NCBI GenBank assembly: GCA_943704425.1
Contig: CALSCP010001564.1
Location: 1 to 60,434, forward strand
DNA: 60,434 bases
Direction of reading: 5' to 3'
Origin: Ministeria vibrans ATCC 50519
Lineage: Eukaryota > Protista > Filasterea
Below the pieces are notes generated by a model that had not been told where the DNA came from, made no database searches, and saw only the letters and a program-made list of their open reading frames with translations. A program made the position numbers and the translations under genes. This document shows positions 1-13,529 of this stretch, in pieces. Every line of letters starts with the position of its first letter. Within the stretch, counting starts at the first letter, position 1.

Positions 1-1
1 A

Positions 2-4
<3 letters not shown>

Positions 5-58
<54 letters not shown>
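5..58. repeat. (GA)n microsatellite
   Basis: Perfect AG dinucleotide run. Confidence 0.95.
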
Positions 59-61
<3 letters not shown>

Positions 62-296
62 GGGGAAAGAAACAAAGTGATAGAGAGAGAGGACAAAGCA
101 AACTTACTATATTAGAGTGAATTGGATTGAGTGAGAGTAAGTTTGTGTGACACACAATTTCCCAAAACAAAAGTAAATTGAGTAAAAAAGCATTAATTCT
201 TCTAATTAGACTGATTGAAAGAAAAAAGTTAAATGTGTATGAGAGAGAGAGAGACAGAGAGAGGAAGGGAGATAGAGAGAAATGAGGTGAAAAAAT

Positions 297-1987
297 TCAG
301 TCGCAGTGAGAAGTGGAGCGTGAGTCTGCGAATGCGGATTGGGCGGCAGCAGCAGCTGCGGCAGCGATTTTGTCGAGGGAGAGAGCACTGTTTGGGAGAG
401 CTGAAGTGGTGGAGGAGGAGGAGGAGGAGGAGGAGGAGGATGTGTTTGTAGTGGAGTGAGGAGTGTTGTTGTTGTTGTTGAGGGTGGTGGGTTGCGTGGC
501 GGACTGTATGGCGTGTAGGTGGTGTGGGATGACTTGTTGTGGTGTGTTGGTGGTGGTGGGGTGTGTGACGACACCCAAATACTGTTTGTAGTGCAGCGGG
601 AGTTGAGGAAGTGCTGCAATGTCGTGTGCGGAAAAGGCAGTGCGGAGGACCACACGACAGCGGTGCTGGAGGGACGTCCATTCGTCACGGGAGAGCAGCG
701 CGACGCATTCAGTGTGCCCATTGCCCTGTGCCAGCTCAATGGGTGTGCTGGCATGGTCAGTGCGCGCACCCACATTAGCCCCTGCTTCAAGCAACACACG
801 CGCAATCTTGCATTGGTTGTCGCACGCCGCAAAGTGCAGTGGCGTATCCCCCTCGGCATCCGGTGCATTGGGGTTGGCGCCGTGTGCCAACAGCATCTGC
901 ACAATCTCACACTTGCGTCCTTGCAACTCCTCTAGAAGCGCAGGGTCGTCGTCAAGGTTGGCTGAAGTGTAGTCTATGTTGACTGCCGCGTGCAGTGGAG
1001 TGCCTCCATCATGATTGAATGAGTGCACTTTGGCCCCCTACACAAGAGAAGAGAAGAAGACAAAAAAAAAAGGAAGTTAAAAAAGTTGTTCTTTCTCTCT
1101 GTCTCCTTACCCATCCGAGAAGCAAATGAGTGCTTTCAACGTGGCCATGGAAAGCGGCAAGATGCAAAGGAGTATCGCCGTTGCGTTTGGCGCAGTTGAC
1201 ATCGGCGCCCGCTTGAACCAGCAACCGCATCACGTCCGTGTGTCCTTGGTCGGCCGCGCAGTGCAGTGCCGTCTGCCCGGCATACGCGTCTACCGAATGA
1301 ACATCGGCATTTGCCTCAATGAGAAGCCGGGCGGCGTCGGTGAGTCCATTTTCTAAAGTGCGTATGTGGTAAGAACACAACTGAATCACACACTCATTCA
1401 CATAACATGATCCACAAACCTGACGCAACCTGCAACGGAGTGCGATCCTCAAGGTCCGTGCCCGCAACACCCCCCTCAAGCATAATGTGTACCACCCCAC
1501 ATAATGCTCGAGCCTCTGTCGTGTCCGACTGGAGAAAGGGAGAAAAAAAAAATCAATAACATGGAAAAAAAAAAATTACGCCCTTCGGCCAAAATCGGTT
1601 TCGGTTGCTTTCTGAGACGATTTTGGCATTGGAGAAGATAGCTGGGGAGTGTTTGTAGGTGGACAGGGGAGCGAGAGGCAGGAAGAGAAGCGAACAGGGC
1701 GGAAATGCGGTTTTGACAGGTCAAAAGGAACGTCGAAAAAGAGAGAAAAAAAAAGAGAAAAAAAAGGGCAGCGCTACGGTCGATTAAGGACCGTTGAGGG
1801 CAAACGGCGAGTGGAAACAAACGGAGAAGGGTCAAAAGAGACTCGGAGGGGGCTTGGAAGACAGGGAAATGCAGCGGGGAGCCAAGGAGACGCGAGCGAG
1901 AAGAAGGGCGAGCAAAAAAAACCCCAAGTTCCCAACGCGAAGAATGGAGAGGAGTAATTCCGCCGGTTTCACGCCTGGTGTGGTCAT
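297..1987 (-). CDS. Ankyrin-repeat and SOCS-box protein (ASB-like), multi-exon; 5' end uncertain
   Basis: Ankyrin repeats GQTALHCAADQGH, GDTPLHLAAFHGH, GGTPLHAAV, GDTPLHFAA, STPIELAQGNGH. These are followed by SLQHRCRVVLR..IAALPQLPLHYKQYL, matching BC-box and Cul5-box spacing. Stop at 297. Possible start MTTPGVKPAELL at 1987 could not be spliced unambiguously. Confidence 0.85.
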
Positions 1988-2927
1988 GAACACAAAAGGA
2001 ATGGGTGGAGTGGAGAAACCGAGTAATTCCTGTGCGGGTTGCGCACAGAGATGAGACAATGAGAAAAAAAACCAAAAGCGGCTGGAGAGCGGTGTGGGGT
2101 CGGAGGGAGGCGGAGTGTTCGACGCGGGGGTTGCGTATGGGCAAGGGGCGTCGCGTGGGAGAGAGAGAACAGGCGACAAATTGCCAATGACGAAATCTTT
2201 TTTTTTGTTGTTATGTCATTGCGTATTCTCTCACCTCCTCCTCAGCCGGTCCACGAGAAAGGCGCTGGAGCAGCTCCAGCAGGGTGTCACGAATGCGAGC
2301 CATAACAGCACACACAAAAAATGACTGACGCAATATTTATCATTAGTCACTAGTTTGGAACTAGTCAACTAGTCAAATGTGATAGTTACTGTGCCAGCTT
2401 TCTGTTGGTGTGGAAGGAAAACGTATAAACAATAACAGAGAAGGGGTCAAGGGGTCAGGGTCAATGCGCATGAAACCATTAAAGCGCGTTTTCCGCAAAC
2501 AACGTGTGCCGTTGGAGGGTACGTTGAGAATCTGTGTTGCAAAGATATTCGAGGGATCACACTTGATCTTGATCAGACGTGCATGATTCATGAACAAAAT
2601 TATTTGGAAAGTACGCGAGTGGTTAGACGCGTTGCCAAGCTTGAATGGCGAAAGAGTATAATTGGAGACCAGAAAGTGACAATCCTCTGTTTACAACACA
2701 AAGACTTATTGCTCAATTAATGACTTGTGTGTAACTTGAAACAAAGCATTTGAATCCTAAGGAAGACTCGCCAAGTGACGATGAGTGCTTATTATTATTA
2801 CTCCGTATTATAATAATAATTTTATAAGATTTATTTTTAGTATTATTTTTTTATGATACTAATATTGTTATTTTATTAGTGTTTTCTTTGTCAAAGGGAT
2901 CAATCGAGCTGAAAAACAATTAGTAAA

Positions 2928-4238
2928 TCAGGAGGGACACGACCCCCAAATGGGACGATCGAGAGACCAAAGAGAAGCAGAGAGATCAAAATCTGTCGGT
3001 TGAGTGGCGATGGAGGAGACACACCAGTGACTCAGACTAGAGAGAAAATTGGAGTTTGCGGGTGAGTGAGTGTGCGTGTGTTGAGAGAAAGAAAACAAAG
3101 TGATAAAGAGAGAGAGAGAGAGAGGAGGAAAGAACAAAGTGATAAATAGAAAGGGGAGGGAGAAAGAAACAACGTGATAAAAGGGTAATACTACTGGTTT
3201 GTCATTACTCTTGATTGAACGAGCTCGCATGAGCAAACACAGACACCATATTTGCCGAGTCCGTAATTTTCTACACAGAGATTGGTCCGAATATGAGACT
3301 CACAATGATACAAATAAATAAATATTATACTTTTTAATATTGTTCAAACAAACAAAAAAAACGTACTGAAGTATCAAAGTTGAGCGGTTGGTTGAAAGAA
3401 GTGGCTTGAAAGAACATTCCGTTGATGTTAGTCACACTCTGAGGGAATAGACGAGACAGACAGTGAAAAAGCGATTAAGAGAAACGGACGCTCTTTCTCT
3501 AACGTTTTTCGTACCGTGGTGTTAAAATCAATTTGTTGATTAAATTGCGTTGCAGAGCGGAACATTGAGCCCATATTGTTCACATTCTATGCACACTCTT
3601 AAAATAAAATGATTTTATTCTTTTCTTTTTCGTACTTTTGTGTTAAAACTGATTGGTTGATTAAAAGATGACGCAAGATTGAACATTCCAAACATATTCG
3701 TGACACTCTAAAAACATAAAAAGAGGTGTAAAATCTGTCTCGTTTTCTTGCGTTTTTTTTTTTACGGAAGTGTCAAATGAGAGAGGCTGATTGAATTGAG
3801 ACGCACCTTCAAACATATCGGACATATCAGTGACACTCTACGAACAGAGGATTTTAGTGAGTACATCGACAGTGGAAAAGGCACGTTTGCAAAATTGAGT
3901 ATATATACTTTTGTGTCCCATTCAGAAAGATTTCCGCGATGGTCGATTGCGGAGCCACGAAACATTTTTGCGAGAACAAACGTGTCGGTGAGATCAAGAG
4001 GATCGGTCGCAGTGATGGCAAGATCGGAGCAGCCGTAGAAGTAGCCACCGTCGGGGTGGTTGCCAAGACGTGCACTACCCCATTGCTTGATGGCACGGAT
4101 GCGGAGGACGTCGCCTGTGTTGCCAAAGCGCCATCCAACCAAAGTCCCACGAATCTTTCGAAAGAAACAACGGAGTTGATAGAACAATAATAATATAATC
4201 AGCATAATAATAATACAATCATAGTAATAATAATTATT

Positions 4239-4269
<31 letters not shown>

Positions 4270-4955
4270 TTATTATGTATTGGGAATGACAATGGCTTAC
4301 TGTGATGGTGTATGTTCCTGCGAGAGGATACACATGTGTTTTGTTGGGCGAGTCGTGACTGTCAATGGGGGTGGGAGCAGACCCATCGCCCCAGTCAACC
4401 ACACAGGCGTACGTGCCGGTGTCCAGCAGGGGCAGAGTGATGGACGAGACGACATACCATTCGGAGATGAACGCAGCGTCTCGTTCACAGTGGACGCCGG
4501 TGAAATCAGCGGCACACGCACACACATATGCGTTTGCTGAAGCAGAGAATGATAATAGTAAGTAAAAGAAGAAGAATGTACTCAAACCCTAACCCTAACC
4601 CTAAGAACCGAATCATATCGTTTCGATGACATTTTGCATTACCTCCAGAATACGAACAGGTCGCGCCATTCTGACACGGCTGAGACGCACACGGACCAAG
4701 GAGCTGCGATTCTACCGCGGATACACGCGCCGAAAGCGCCGCAATGAGCGCAAGTGCCTCGTTTTCGGTCGAAACGCGTTCGCCGTTGACGAAAATGTCA
4801 CTGTGCGAAATAACACTCTTCTCTGCCGCCGGTGACAGGACCAGGTCGCCGTCGTCGTTCCATACAGAAGACTCGCCTGAAGCAGCGGTGCACCCCACAA
4901 GAGCGAGCACCGCAAGTGCGATGGGAGCGAAGACGGACACTGAAACTGAAACCAT
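2928..4955 (-). CDS. Secreted/surface protein: signal peptide, coiled-coil, EGF, PKD-like, DUF285 (bacterial surface 24-26-aa repeats); about 9 exons
   Basis: Signal peptide MVSVSVSVFAPIALAVLALVGC. EGF CASQPCQNGATC..YVCACAADFTGVHC. PKD-like VDWGDGS..THVY..GTYTIT. IKQWG..FYGC motif. Repeats SVTDMSDMFEGASQFNQPLSFDTS etc. C-terminus LSHWCVSSIATQPTDF..RPIWGSCPS is typical of DUF285 proteins. Confidence 0.85.
4585..4604. repeat. Short interstitial telomeric-type repeat (AACCCT)3, i.e. TTAGGG, in intron 1 of the DUF285 gene
   Basis: aaccctaaccctaaccctaa. Confidence 0.6.
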
Positions 4956-5038
4956 AAAAATTCACTGAATAAAATAATAAAATAATTATAATAATTAAGG
5001 TTTTTATGACTTTTTTAGTCGCGATGAATAACATTACA

Positions 5039-5070
<32 letters not shown>

Positions 5071-5197
5071 TTATTCCTTGATAAATAATAATAATTACTA
5101 TTACTATTAATAAGTGGGTTGTAAAGCATGATGGTATTCTTCGTCTTCTTAATAATAATAGTATTATTATTATAACAATAATAATTAATATTCTTAG

Positions 5198-8100
5198 TTA
5201 CAGTGTCTCCAAGAAGGCATCCACTCGCCCGAGAATCTTCCAATGGTCTGTGACAAACCGGACGAGCATTGAATCGCCCTACGATGAAGATACAAAAACA
5301 TCAGCTCAAGAGACATCGTATGAATGGAGCAATTACCTGCTCGCAAAAGTGAAAGAGAAGATGATAGGTAGGAGAGAGAAAAACCATTGCACAAAAGGGA
5401 GCTGAGCTAGACTGGTGTTCCTCACTGGTAGGCTTGGACTCGATGAGGAAGGGGTCGAGACGGACTCGCGCACGGGCCAAGAGGGACTTTGCGTTGCCTG
5501 AGCGGATGCGCTTGACGGACTGAACGCAGGGTTCGTTGGTGAGAGGGGAGCGAGCGGACGGGGCGGAGAGGTGAGCCCAGAGACGCAGGAAGACTGTGAG
5601 ACGGTTAACGGAAGGAGGGAACATTGGAGGAAGAAAGAGATCGACAAAGTGGATGTGCATTTGGCCGGCGCTGCAGGAGACGGTGGCGGCGGCATTGGTG
5701 TCTGCTCCACTGATGGCGGTGGTGTGTTGTGCTGTGGTCGTGGCGGTGAACGTGGCGCGGATGTCGAGGGTAAGTGGAGTGGGCTCCCACGGGGTGATGA
5801 GGACCTGTGTGGACACAATGGTGGCGGGAGTGACAAGCGGGAGAGTCACGGGCGGAATGGTGTCGCAGAGTAGCGACGACGACGATGCAGGGTACTCGCT
5901 GGTTTTGCTATTGGGGTCGTTGTTGTCGGTGGAGACGACGGAGAAGGAGAGTGAGACGGCACAAAGGTGAGTGAGAGACACCGTGCTGCCAAAGAGCTCG
6001 GAGGTGATGCGGGTGAGCTCCGCAGAGTCGCCAATGAGGCGCACTGCGCATGGCACGGCAATGGTCGTTGTGATCAGTGACGATTCGGAAGCAACGTGGC
6101 ACAGATATGCCAAGAGCATCTGGTCTTGGTTGGCGGCTTCGGAGTTGGCACTCACATCTTTCTCCTCGGTGCTCTGGTTCTCCCGCAATTCCATCTGTTT
6201 CCGTTCCGTCTTCTTCCGACTCGCATCCGAGCTCTCCTCCAGGTAAGGGCGAGTGGAGCCACGTCGTTCAAGCACCAACAACTGATGGTGTGTGCTCACG
6301 ACCGAGGGTACACGCGGAAATTCAGTGGGAGCACTCGTGGGAGCACCTTCCACCAAACTCATATACGTGGGCTGCTGTGGTGTCTCACCGCCGCTGTCAA
6401 TCCTATCGGTTTCATCCTTCTTTGCAGAGGACACAGCCGCATTTGCTGTTGTTTGTGTGAGTGCGCTAATGTCGGTTGGTGAACGAGGGAGCGTGAGAAT
6501 GCGCGTAAGACGATCCCCTGTGGCGTGAGTGAGTAGCATGAGATAAAAGTGAGCACGATCGCGAATGTCGACGTCGCCATGTTGCTCCAGGAGCACACGG
6601 AGAATGTCTGAGACGGCCATGCGGGCCTCGGCGGCGGCATGAGTGGCTAGCGCCGCGCGACACACGCTCAGGAAGTGGTTGCCAACGGTCCAGTCGGCGC
6701 TGGCACAAACAGTGGTGAGACGCAGTGCGGCTAGGAGGGCACGGAGAAAGCCGGCTGGGTTGATTTCGCTGTCGCATGCGGCGCGCTCAAGCAACACTAG
6801 GTGATCACAGGCGTGATCCATCAGCGCGGAGGGGGGCATGGCTGTAAGGGCGCCAACAAGAGACGCCAGTAGACCCGCAAAGACGGTAGTGGAGGAAGTT
6901 GCACGGGCGGCACTGTCAATGAGCTCAATGACGGACGGGGCAAAGCGCGGCTGGTCGAGCACCAGTTCAAGGGTGGCGGCGTGCACGCTGGCCCTGAGAG
7001 CACGGGAGAACTCACGACCGTAGCAGTGGGTGACGCGGAGCAGGGCCATGATGCGGCGGCCGCGCGGAGGGTCGTGATGGTAGCCGTGAAGGGCGGCGCG
7101 ACAGTCACGGAGGCACTGTGCAGCGGGGACAGAGGCACCGCGGGAGAGCGCATCGCCACGGCCAATGGGGACGAACCCTTTGGCAATGGCACAGAGACGC
7201 GCCTCAACGAGCTGAGGAGAATCAAAGGTGGTGGGAAAGAGGCGAGTGTACAGGCGGTAGGCGGACTGGAGGGAGGCGTCAATCTGCTTTGTGGAAGGGT
7301 TGCGCACGGGAACTTTACCGGCGAGAAAGGGGAGACGGGCGGAGAGGGCGGAGGGGTCAATGGAAGGGAAAGCGGAAAGCCAATGGGCGAGGAGGAGACG
7401 TGATTCAAGGGAACCGACAAGGGGGCTGCTGAGAGCGGCGGTGAGGCGAGAGAGGATGGCGGAGGTGTCGGATTGGTCGACGAGGAGGGACTGGAAACGG
7501 GCTTTGAGGAGGAGCACGGTGTGTGTGAGGAAAAGACAGTGCGAGGCGGAGAGACGATGGTACTGCTGCTTGAGGACGACGGGCGAAACATGAAAGGCCG
7601 AGAGGGCTTCGGCGAGGGAGAGAATGCACAGGACAAGATTGTGGCCTGACAGATGAGCGGCTGAGTCGAGGAGGACTGTGGTGCCACGACGGAGCATGAG
7701 CGAAAAGGGGCCCAGGTCAAAGGGTGCCGAGTCGGAGAGTAATGGCGGTGTTTGTGTCGTAGGATTCGCATTGGTGTTGTCTGCGGTAGTGGTGGTAACG
7801 GTTGAGGTGAGGGAGCGGAGGGAGAGTGGAGAGGAGAGAATGAGCTGCTGAGGGAGAATGTAGCCGGCGCGTTGTTGTTCTTCGCCCGGGGCACTGACTG
7901 CGTTGACATGGCGACTCACCGATACCATCAAAGTGTCGTTGGTGGCGGTGGTGCTGTTGAGGATGGACTGCCAGCGATGGCGGTGTTGTATGAGGGGCGA
8001 AGCAGACTGGTGCGGAGGTTGGGCCGGTGGCAAATCGACACTCTCCGTCTCATCCAACTCCTTGTTGTCCTCCTCCTTGATGGACGTATAGTAGTCTGCA

Positions 8101-8855
8101 ATGCCGGCGAGTTGGAGCGAGGTGTTGCGCAAGACGCACGCGTAGAGGCTGGCGTAGGCGTCGCGGACATGTGTGCGTTCGCCGTCCAGCATAAGCAGGA
8201 TGTGGTTGCAGCGTTGTGCGAGGAGACCCGGCAGTTGCTGCTCAAGTTCACGGAGTGCCTGACACGCAAAAGAGCGCAGGATGGCGTCGGCGGGGGAGTT
8301 GACGCGCGAGATGACGCGCAGGAAGAGCTGGACGATGCGCTCAAAGGTGGCGCGCGACGAACGGAAGAAACTGTGCTGGAGCAGCAGCACAGTCATCGTC
8401 ACGACGATCTGACCCTTGAAGACGTCGCTACTTTGGGCTGCCGAAGAGCCCCCCTGGTCGCCGGCGTCGCTGGCAGCCGCAGTGAGCGACAAAGCGGACG
8501 ACGAGTGCGGCGCACCAGTGGACAACATCGACTGCATGAAAAGTGCCTCAAGCGACGTCAGCGCGTGCTCCTGCGCCGACGCATCGTCGCCCAGGAGTGT
8601 GGCAGACTGCTGCTGCAGCGCAGAGAGTGCCTGCAGGCGGATGTGCTCTTCGCGCGTTGAGCAAATGACCTATGAACATTTTTTCATTTTTTTTGGTATG
8701 TTGTTGAGTAGTTATTGAAGAAAGCGGAATTTTTTTCTCACCTGCAGAAGCGACTGTACAACGGCGGAGGCATCGTAGCCGCGACTATGAAGGAAAGATT
8801 CGGCGTCGGCCGAAAGGGCCGAGAGGCTCGATTGGAACGATGAGCCGTCGAACAT
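5198..8855 (-). CDS. AP5B1: AP-5 complex subunit beta-1
   Basis: Motifs ACQALRELEQQLPGLL, WTVGNHFLSVCR, DVDIRDRAHFYLMLL, FLSPTYHLLF. Spliced last exon VRFVTDHWKILGRVDAFLETL*. ATG at 8855, two introns. Confidence 0.85.
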
Positions 8856-9110
8856 GATTAAAACTGATCTTTATTCTTTGATCTTTGATCTTTTTAGGTT
8901 CATTTATCATTTTTCATTCACTCTACAATTGCTTCCGTCTGCAGCGCGAAATGAAACTCGGGAGAGTCGGAAAATTACAAAGATGGAGCAAGTTGAGCCA
9001 AGTTCACTCCAAAAATGGTTTGCCTGATGAAAATTACAATAATTTGTTGTGACTTGTGAGCGACAAAACAAACAAATTGACTGTTGTAATTGAATAATAA
9101 TGATTGATAT

Positions 9111-10095
9111 TTAAACGGCCTCAACTGCACTCAGCGCATCTTTCAGTTTCCCGACAAACATCTGAAACTCAGGCAGTCCCATTTCAAATGAATGTCTGTT
9201 GACACTTCCGCACTCATTTGAAACCTAAACGTTTGTGTTGACACAATAATAAATTATTGATTATACGTATTGAGCCATTTTGAGCATACCGTGATCTTCA
9301 AGGCAACATAAGGTGTGTTGATGTGTGTGCAAGTGCTCGACGCAGTTGTCACACCAATTTTCCAGTCCCAATCAATCAACTAAAGTCCAACGAACACACA
9401 ACAACAACAATGACAATTTAGTCCATCTCGCTCTTTCTCGCTCATCTCCGATCGTACCTTTCCAACGCTCAACAAAGCTGAAATGTCCGAGTCGGCTACA
9501 AGAGCGGCGCCATGCTGGTGCCATGCGCGCGCAATGGCCTCGCGCGACGTATCCTGCAAGGGAGTGCTGAGCGCGAGCTGTTTCAGGAGCTCTTTTCCGC
9601 TCGGGCGAATGCGCTCCTTTTCGTCGCCGTTTGCGGCAGGCACGCCTTGAGCGGCATTACGGATGATGAATACGAGTGCGTTGATGGCGCTGGAGAGCGA
9701 GGGGCGGTCGGGAGGGGACGAAATGCCTTCGGCGACAAGACTGTCGTACAGCTGATCGGGCGAGGGCAGCAGCGCCGTCTGGAAGGGGGAAGGCAGCGGC
9801 CGGGCACACGTCGGACGAGGGGGGAGGGGGGAGAGCAGTAGGATGAGAGAGGAAACGCGAAAGAGAGAGAGAGAGAGAGTCTTAAAAAACTTACTCTGTA
9901 GCCTACAAAGTCAATGCAGCCACCAAGGACGGTCTCTAATACTGTGGATGGGAGTGCATCAACGTGCTACGCAAAGAGAGAGAGGCGCAGGAGGAGAGAG
10001 AGAAGCGGATGAGACGAAAGAAGACTCTGTGTTCATCCTTAGCCAACCAGAAGGGCCGTGGCGAAGCCGTCCGGGGCGTTTTGTAGCAAAGTCAT
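9111..10095 (-). CDS. COMMD6: COMM domain-containing protein 6 (with N-terminal helical domain), 5 exons
   Basis: Spliced C-terminus LSVGK|LIDWDWKIGVTTASSTCTHINTPYVALKIT|VSNECGSVNRHSFEMGLPEFQMFVGKLKDALSAVEAV* matches the COMM domain, closest to COMMD6 as I recall it. Confidence 0.8.
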
Positions 10096-10210
10096 GTGGA
10101 ATACAAGACGGAGGAAGACAATGCGAAATGAGATAAAAAGAATAAAGAGATGATCGAAAATTCGAATTATATTAGTTAATCAGTGTTTCTTTTTGTCTTT
10201 CTTTTGTGCA

Positions 10211-11236
<1,026 letters not shown>

Positions 11237-11406
11237 TAAAAAACAGGGAGTTTTACGAAATACGTGTGACTGTTAAATGTACGAAGTTGTACAATGTACT
11301 TCTCTCAAAACTCATTCTTTTTGTTGATCAACCTTCCAGACTGAATAGGAATAATTAATTTCATTTAGGTAATTAGGTTAAACAGTTTTAGTTTATCTCT
11401 TTCTTC

Positions 11407-12449
11407 ATGACCTGCTCAGCCTCATGCAAGTCATGGTGGCGCTACCCCACCAAATGGCTGTACCACGCGACGTCCAGTGAGAAGGCAGGCCTCGCCACTT
11501 CGCCAATTTTGAACCGGTTTATCTTTTTGATTTGGGTACGTTTCACTCTCAGTCTCTCTCTCTCTCTCTCTTTCTCTCCGACTTTAACGCGTCTCGCGCG
11601 CGCCTGTTGCGCCTCAGAGACTCGCAATTGCCTGCTACATGTTCGGGTGGCTGGTCGTGTCGATGGAGGACGGCATGGAGTCGGGCAAGTGGTTTATCTA
11701 CTTGACCAACTGGGGGTTTGCCGCGACCATCGTCTACTTTGTTTTGGCTGCTGCCGTCACAGTGCGCTACAATTTCACCCCGGCGCTGCGCGACATGTCG
11801 GTTTATGACAACTTGGATCTGGCCCAGCAGACGAAACACGCCGCAAACTCGTCAGATCCCGAGGCGCCCATTGTGGTTGGCAGTCCGGACGACCTTGAGC
11901 AGCCGCAGAAGCTCCCCTGTGACTTTGCCGCGACTTTCTGCGCCCTTGCCGTTGCCAGCACCGTCGCGGTCACCATCACGCTTGCCTACTGGATCCTTTT
12001 GTATGTCCCAGGAATGACCGTAAGCACTCTATTACTCATCAGCTCTTTAGTACACACTCCAAATGCATCTCTCGTCGCTTCCTCTTCTGTAGCCCCTTTC
12101 GGGAATCAACGTCAACACACACCTCATCAACTCGATCAGCATTCTCATTGACATCACTTTGTCGGGCGCCCCCTTTCGTCTGCCACACATCATCGTCAAC
12201 TTTGTTTTTGGCGTCGTCTATGTTCTCTTCACTGTCATCTACTGGCGTGCCGACCCCGCCAACAACATTGTCTACTCCGTCCTCGACTACAACACCGATC
12301 CAACCATGGCCGCCGTCTACGAGCTGTGCATTCTCTTCCTCCTCATGCCCGCCCTCCATGCCCTCCTCACCCTCTATGCCTTTGTGCGCGATCGCTATTT
12401 GCATCGCCTCCAGTGCTGCTGTGCAACGCAGACGGGCACTTATGCCTGA
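11407..12449 (+). CDS. Rolling-stone-like multi-pass membrane protein, 3 exons
   Basis: KWFIYLTNWG, ITLAYWILLY, HLINS, VYSVLDY motifs and several TM helices. Confidence 0.75.
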
Positions 12450-13287
12450 GCTGCAGGCCCCCCTCCCTCCTTCCAAACTAAAGCAGCGCTATTCGTGTCT
12501 TGTCTTTATGTAAAGCAACGTCATTCTTATTCTAAACACTTTGCTCGAAGTCAGAATCGTGATCAAGAAGTTTCACATAGTTGTCAATAGAGCGCACTCG
12601 ATACCTTTTGAACCACTCACAAGCTAAAACCTCATCGCACACAGTAAACCACCCACACTACAGACTACAGTCACGACTTACCATCTGGCTCTCGTTTGGC
12701 AGCGCGGGAGAGCTACACGTGTGTGAAACGAACGCAAAACGTCGCAAAAACGTCTCGTGTACTAAATGTTATTCACGAAATGATCGAATATCAATCAAAT
12801 TTCCCACTTCTTCTTTTTTTTTTTTGTGTGTGTTTTGTTTTCTTTTGTGTGTGTGTTTCTTTTCGTGTGTGTCTTGTGTCTTTCATCTCTCTGTGTGTCC
12901 TTCTTTTTCTTATGCCTGTGTAACTTGTTTCGTCTCTTTCTCATTTCCCTCAAACGTAAGTCACTCGTCCCATCGCAATGCGCTCTCCCTTCCGCCCCAT
13001 TGCCGCACCAACCCCCCCTCACCAGCTGCTGTCGCCCCATCCCACCCGCCTGCGCCTCCCCCACCCCCTCCTTCCCTTAGGCTCATGGCGACCGTTGCAA
13101 AAANNNNNNNNNTTTTTTTTTTTACTTTTTTCGGATCGTTTTCTCGACTTCCAACGCCGTTCATCTCGCTCCTTCTCCTTGCCCTTGAGAAGCACTCTGC
13201 AACACTCTAGTCGTCGTGCCGGAACCCAGCGCTCTTGTCAACCGCATTTGATTCTCATTTTCCGCTTTTTTCTTTTTTTTTTCTAGA

Positions 13288-13440
13288 ATGCCTCTTCGCT
13301 CTGACACTGCTGTGAGTGTGCCGGCGGCGCTGCTGCCCTCAAACTACATCCCATCGTCTATGTATGCCATTGACTTCAACGGCGGCTCGCGCTTCCAATG
13401 TGGCTCGGCACCCGTCTCGAATGCATATCCCCTCTGGCAT

Positions 13441-13486
<46 letters not shown>

Positions 13487-13496
13487 CTTGCCTCCC

Positions 13497-13529
<33 letters not shown>

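Noticed and set aside
2240-2790. Possible small gene between the ankyrin and DUF285 genes
   Set aside because: Only short ORFs; no recognisable product or consistent splice model
6821-7909. Long alternative-frame and antisense ORFs over AP5B1, cyclin and gene A (e.g. 7872-8660, 13690-14622, 38169-39038)
   Set aside because: Expected shadows of GC-rich coding sequence; no motifs
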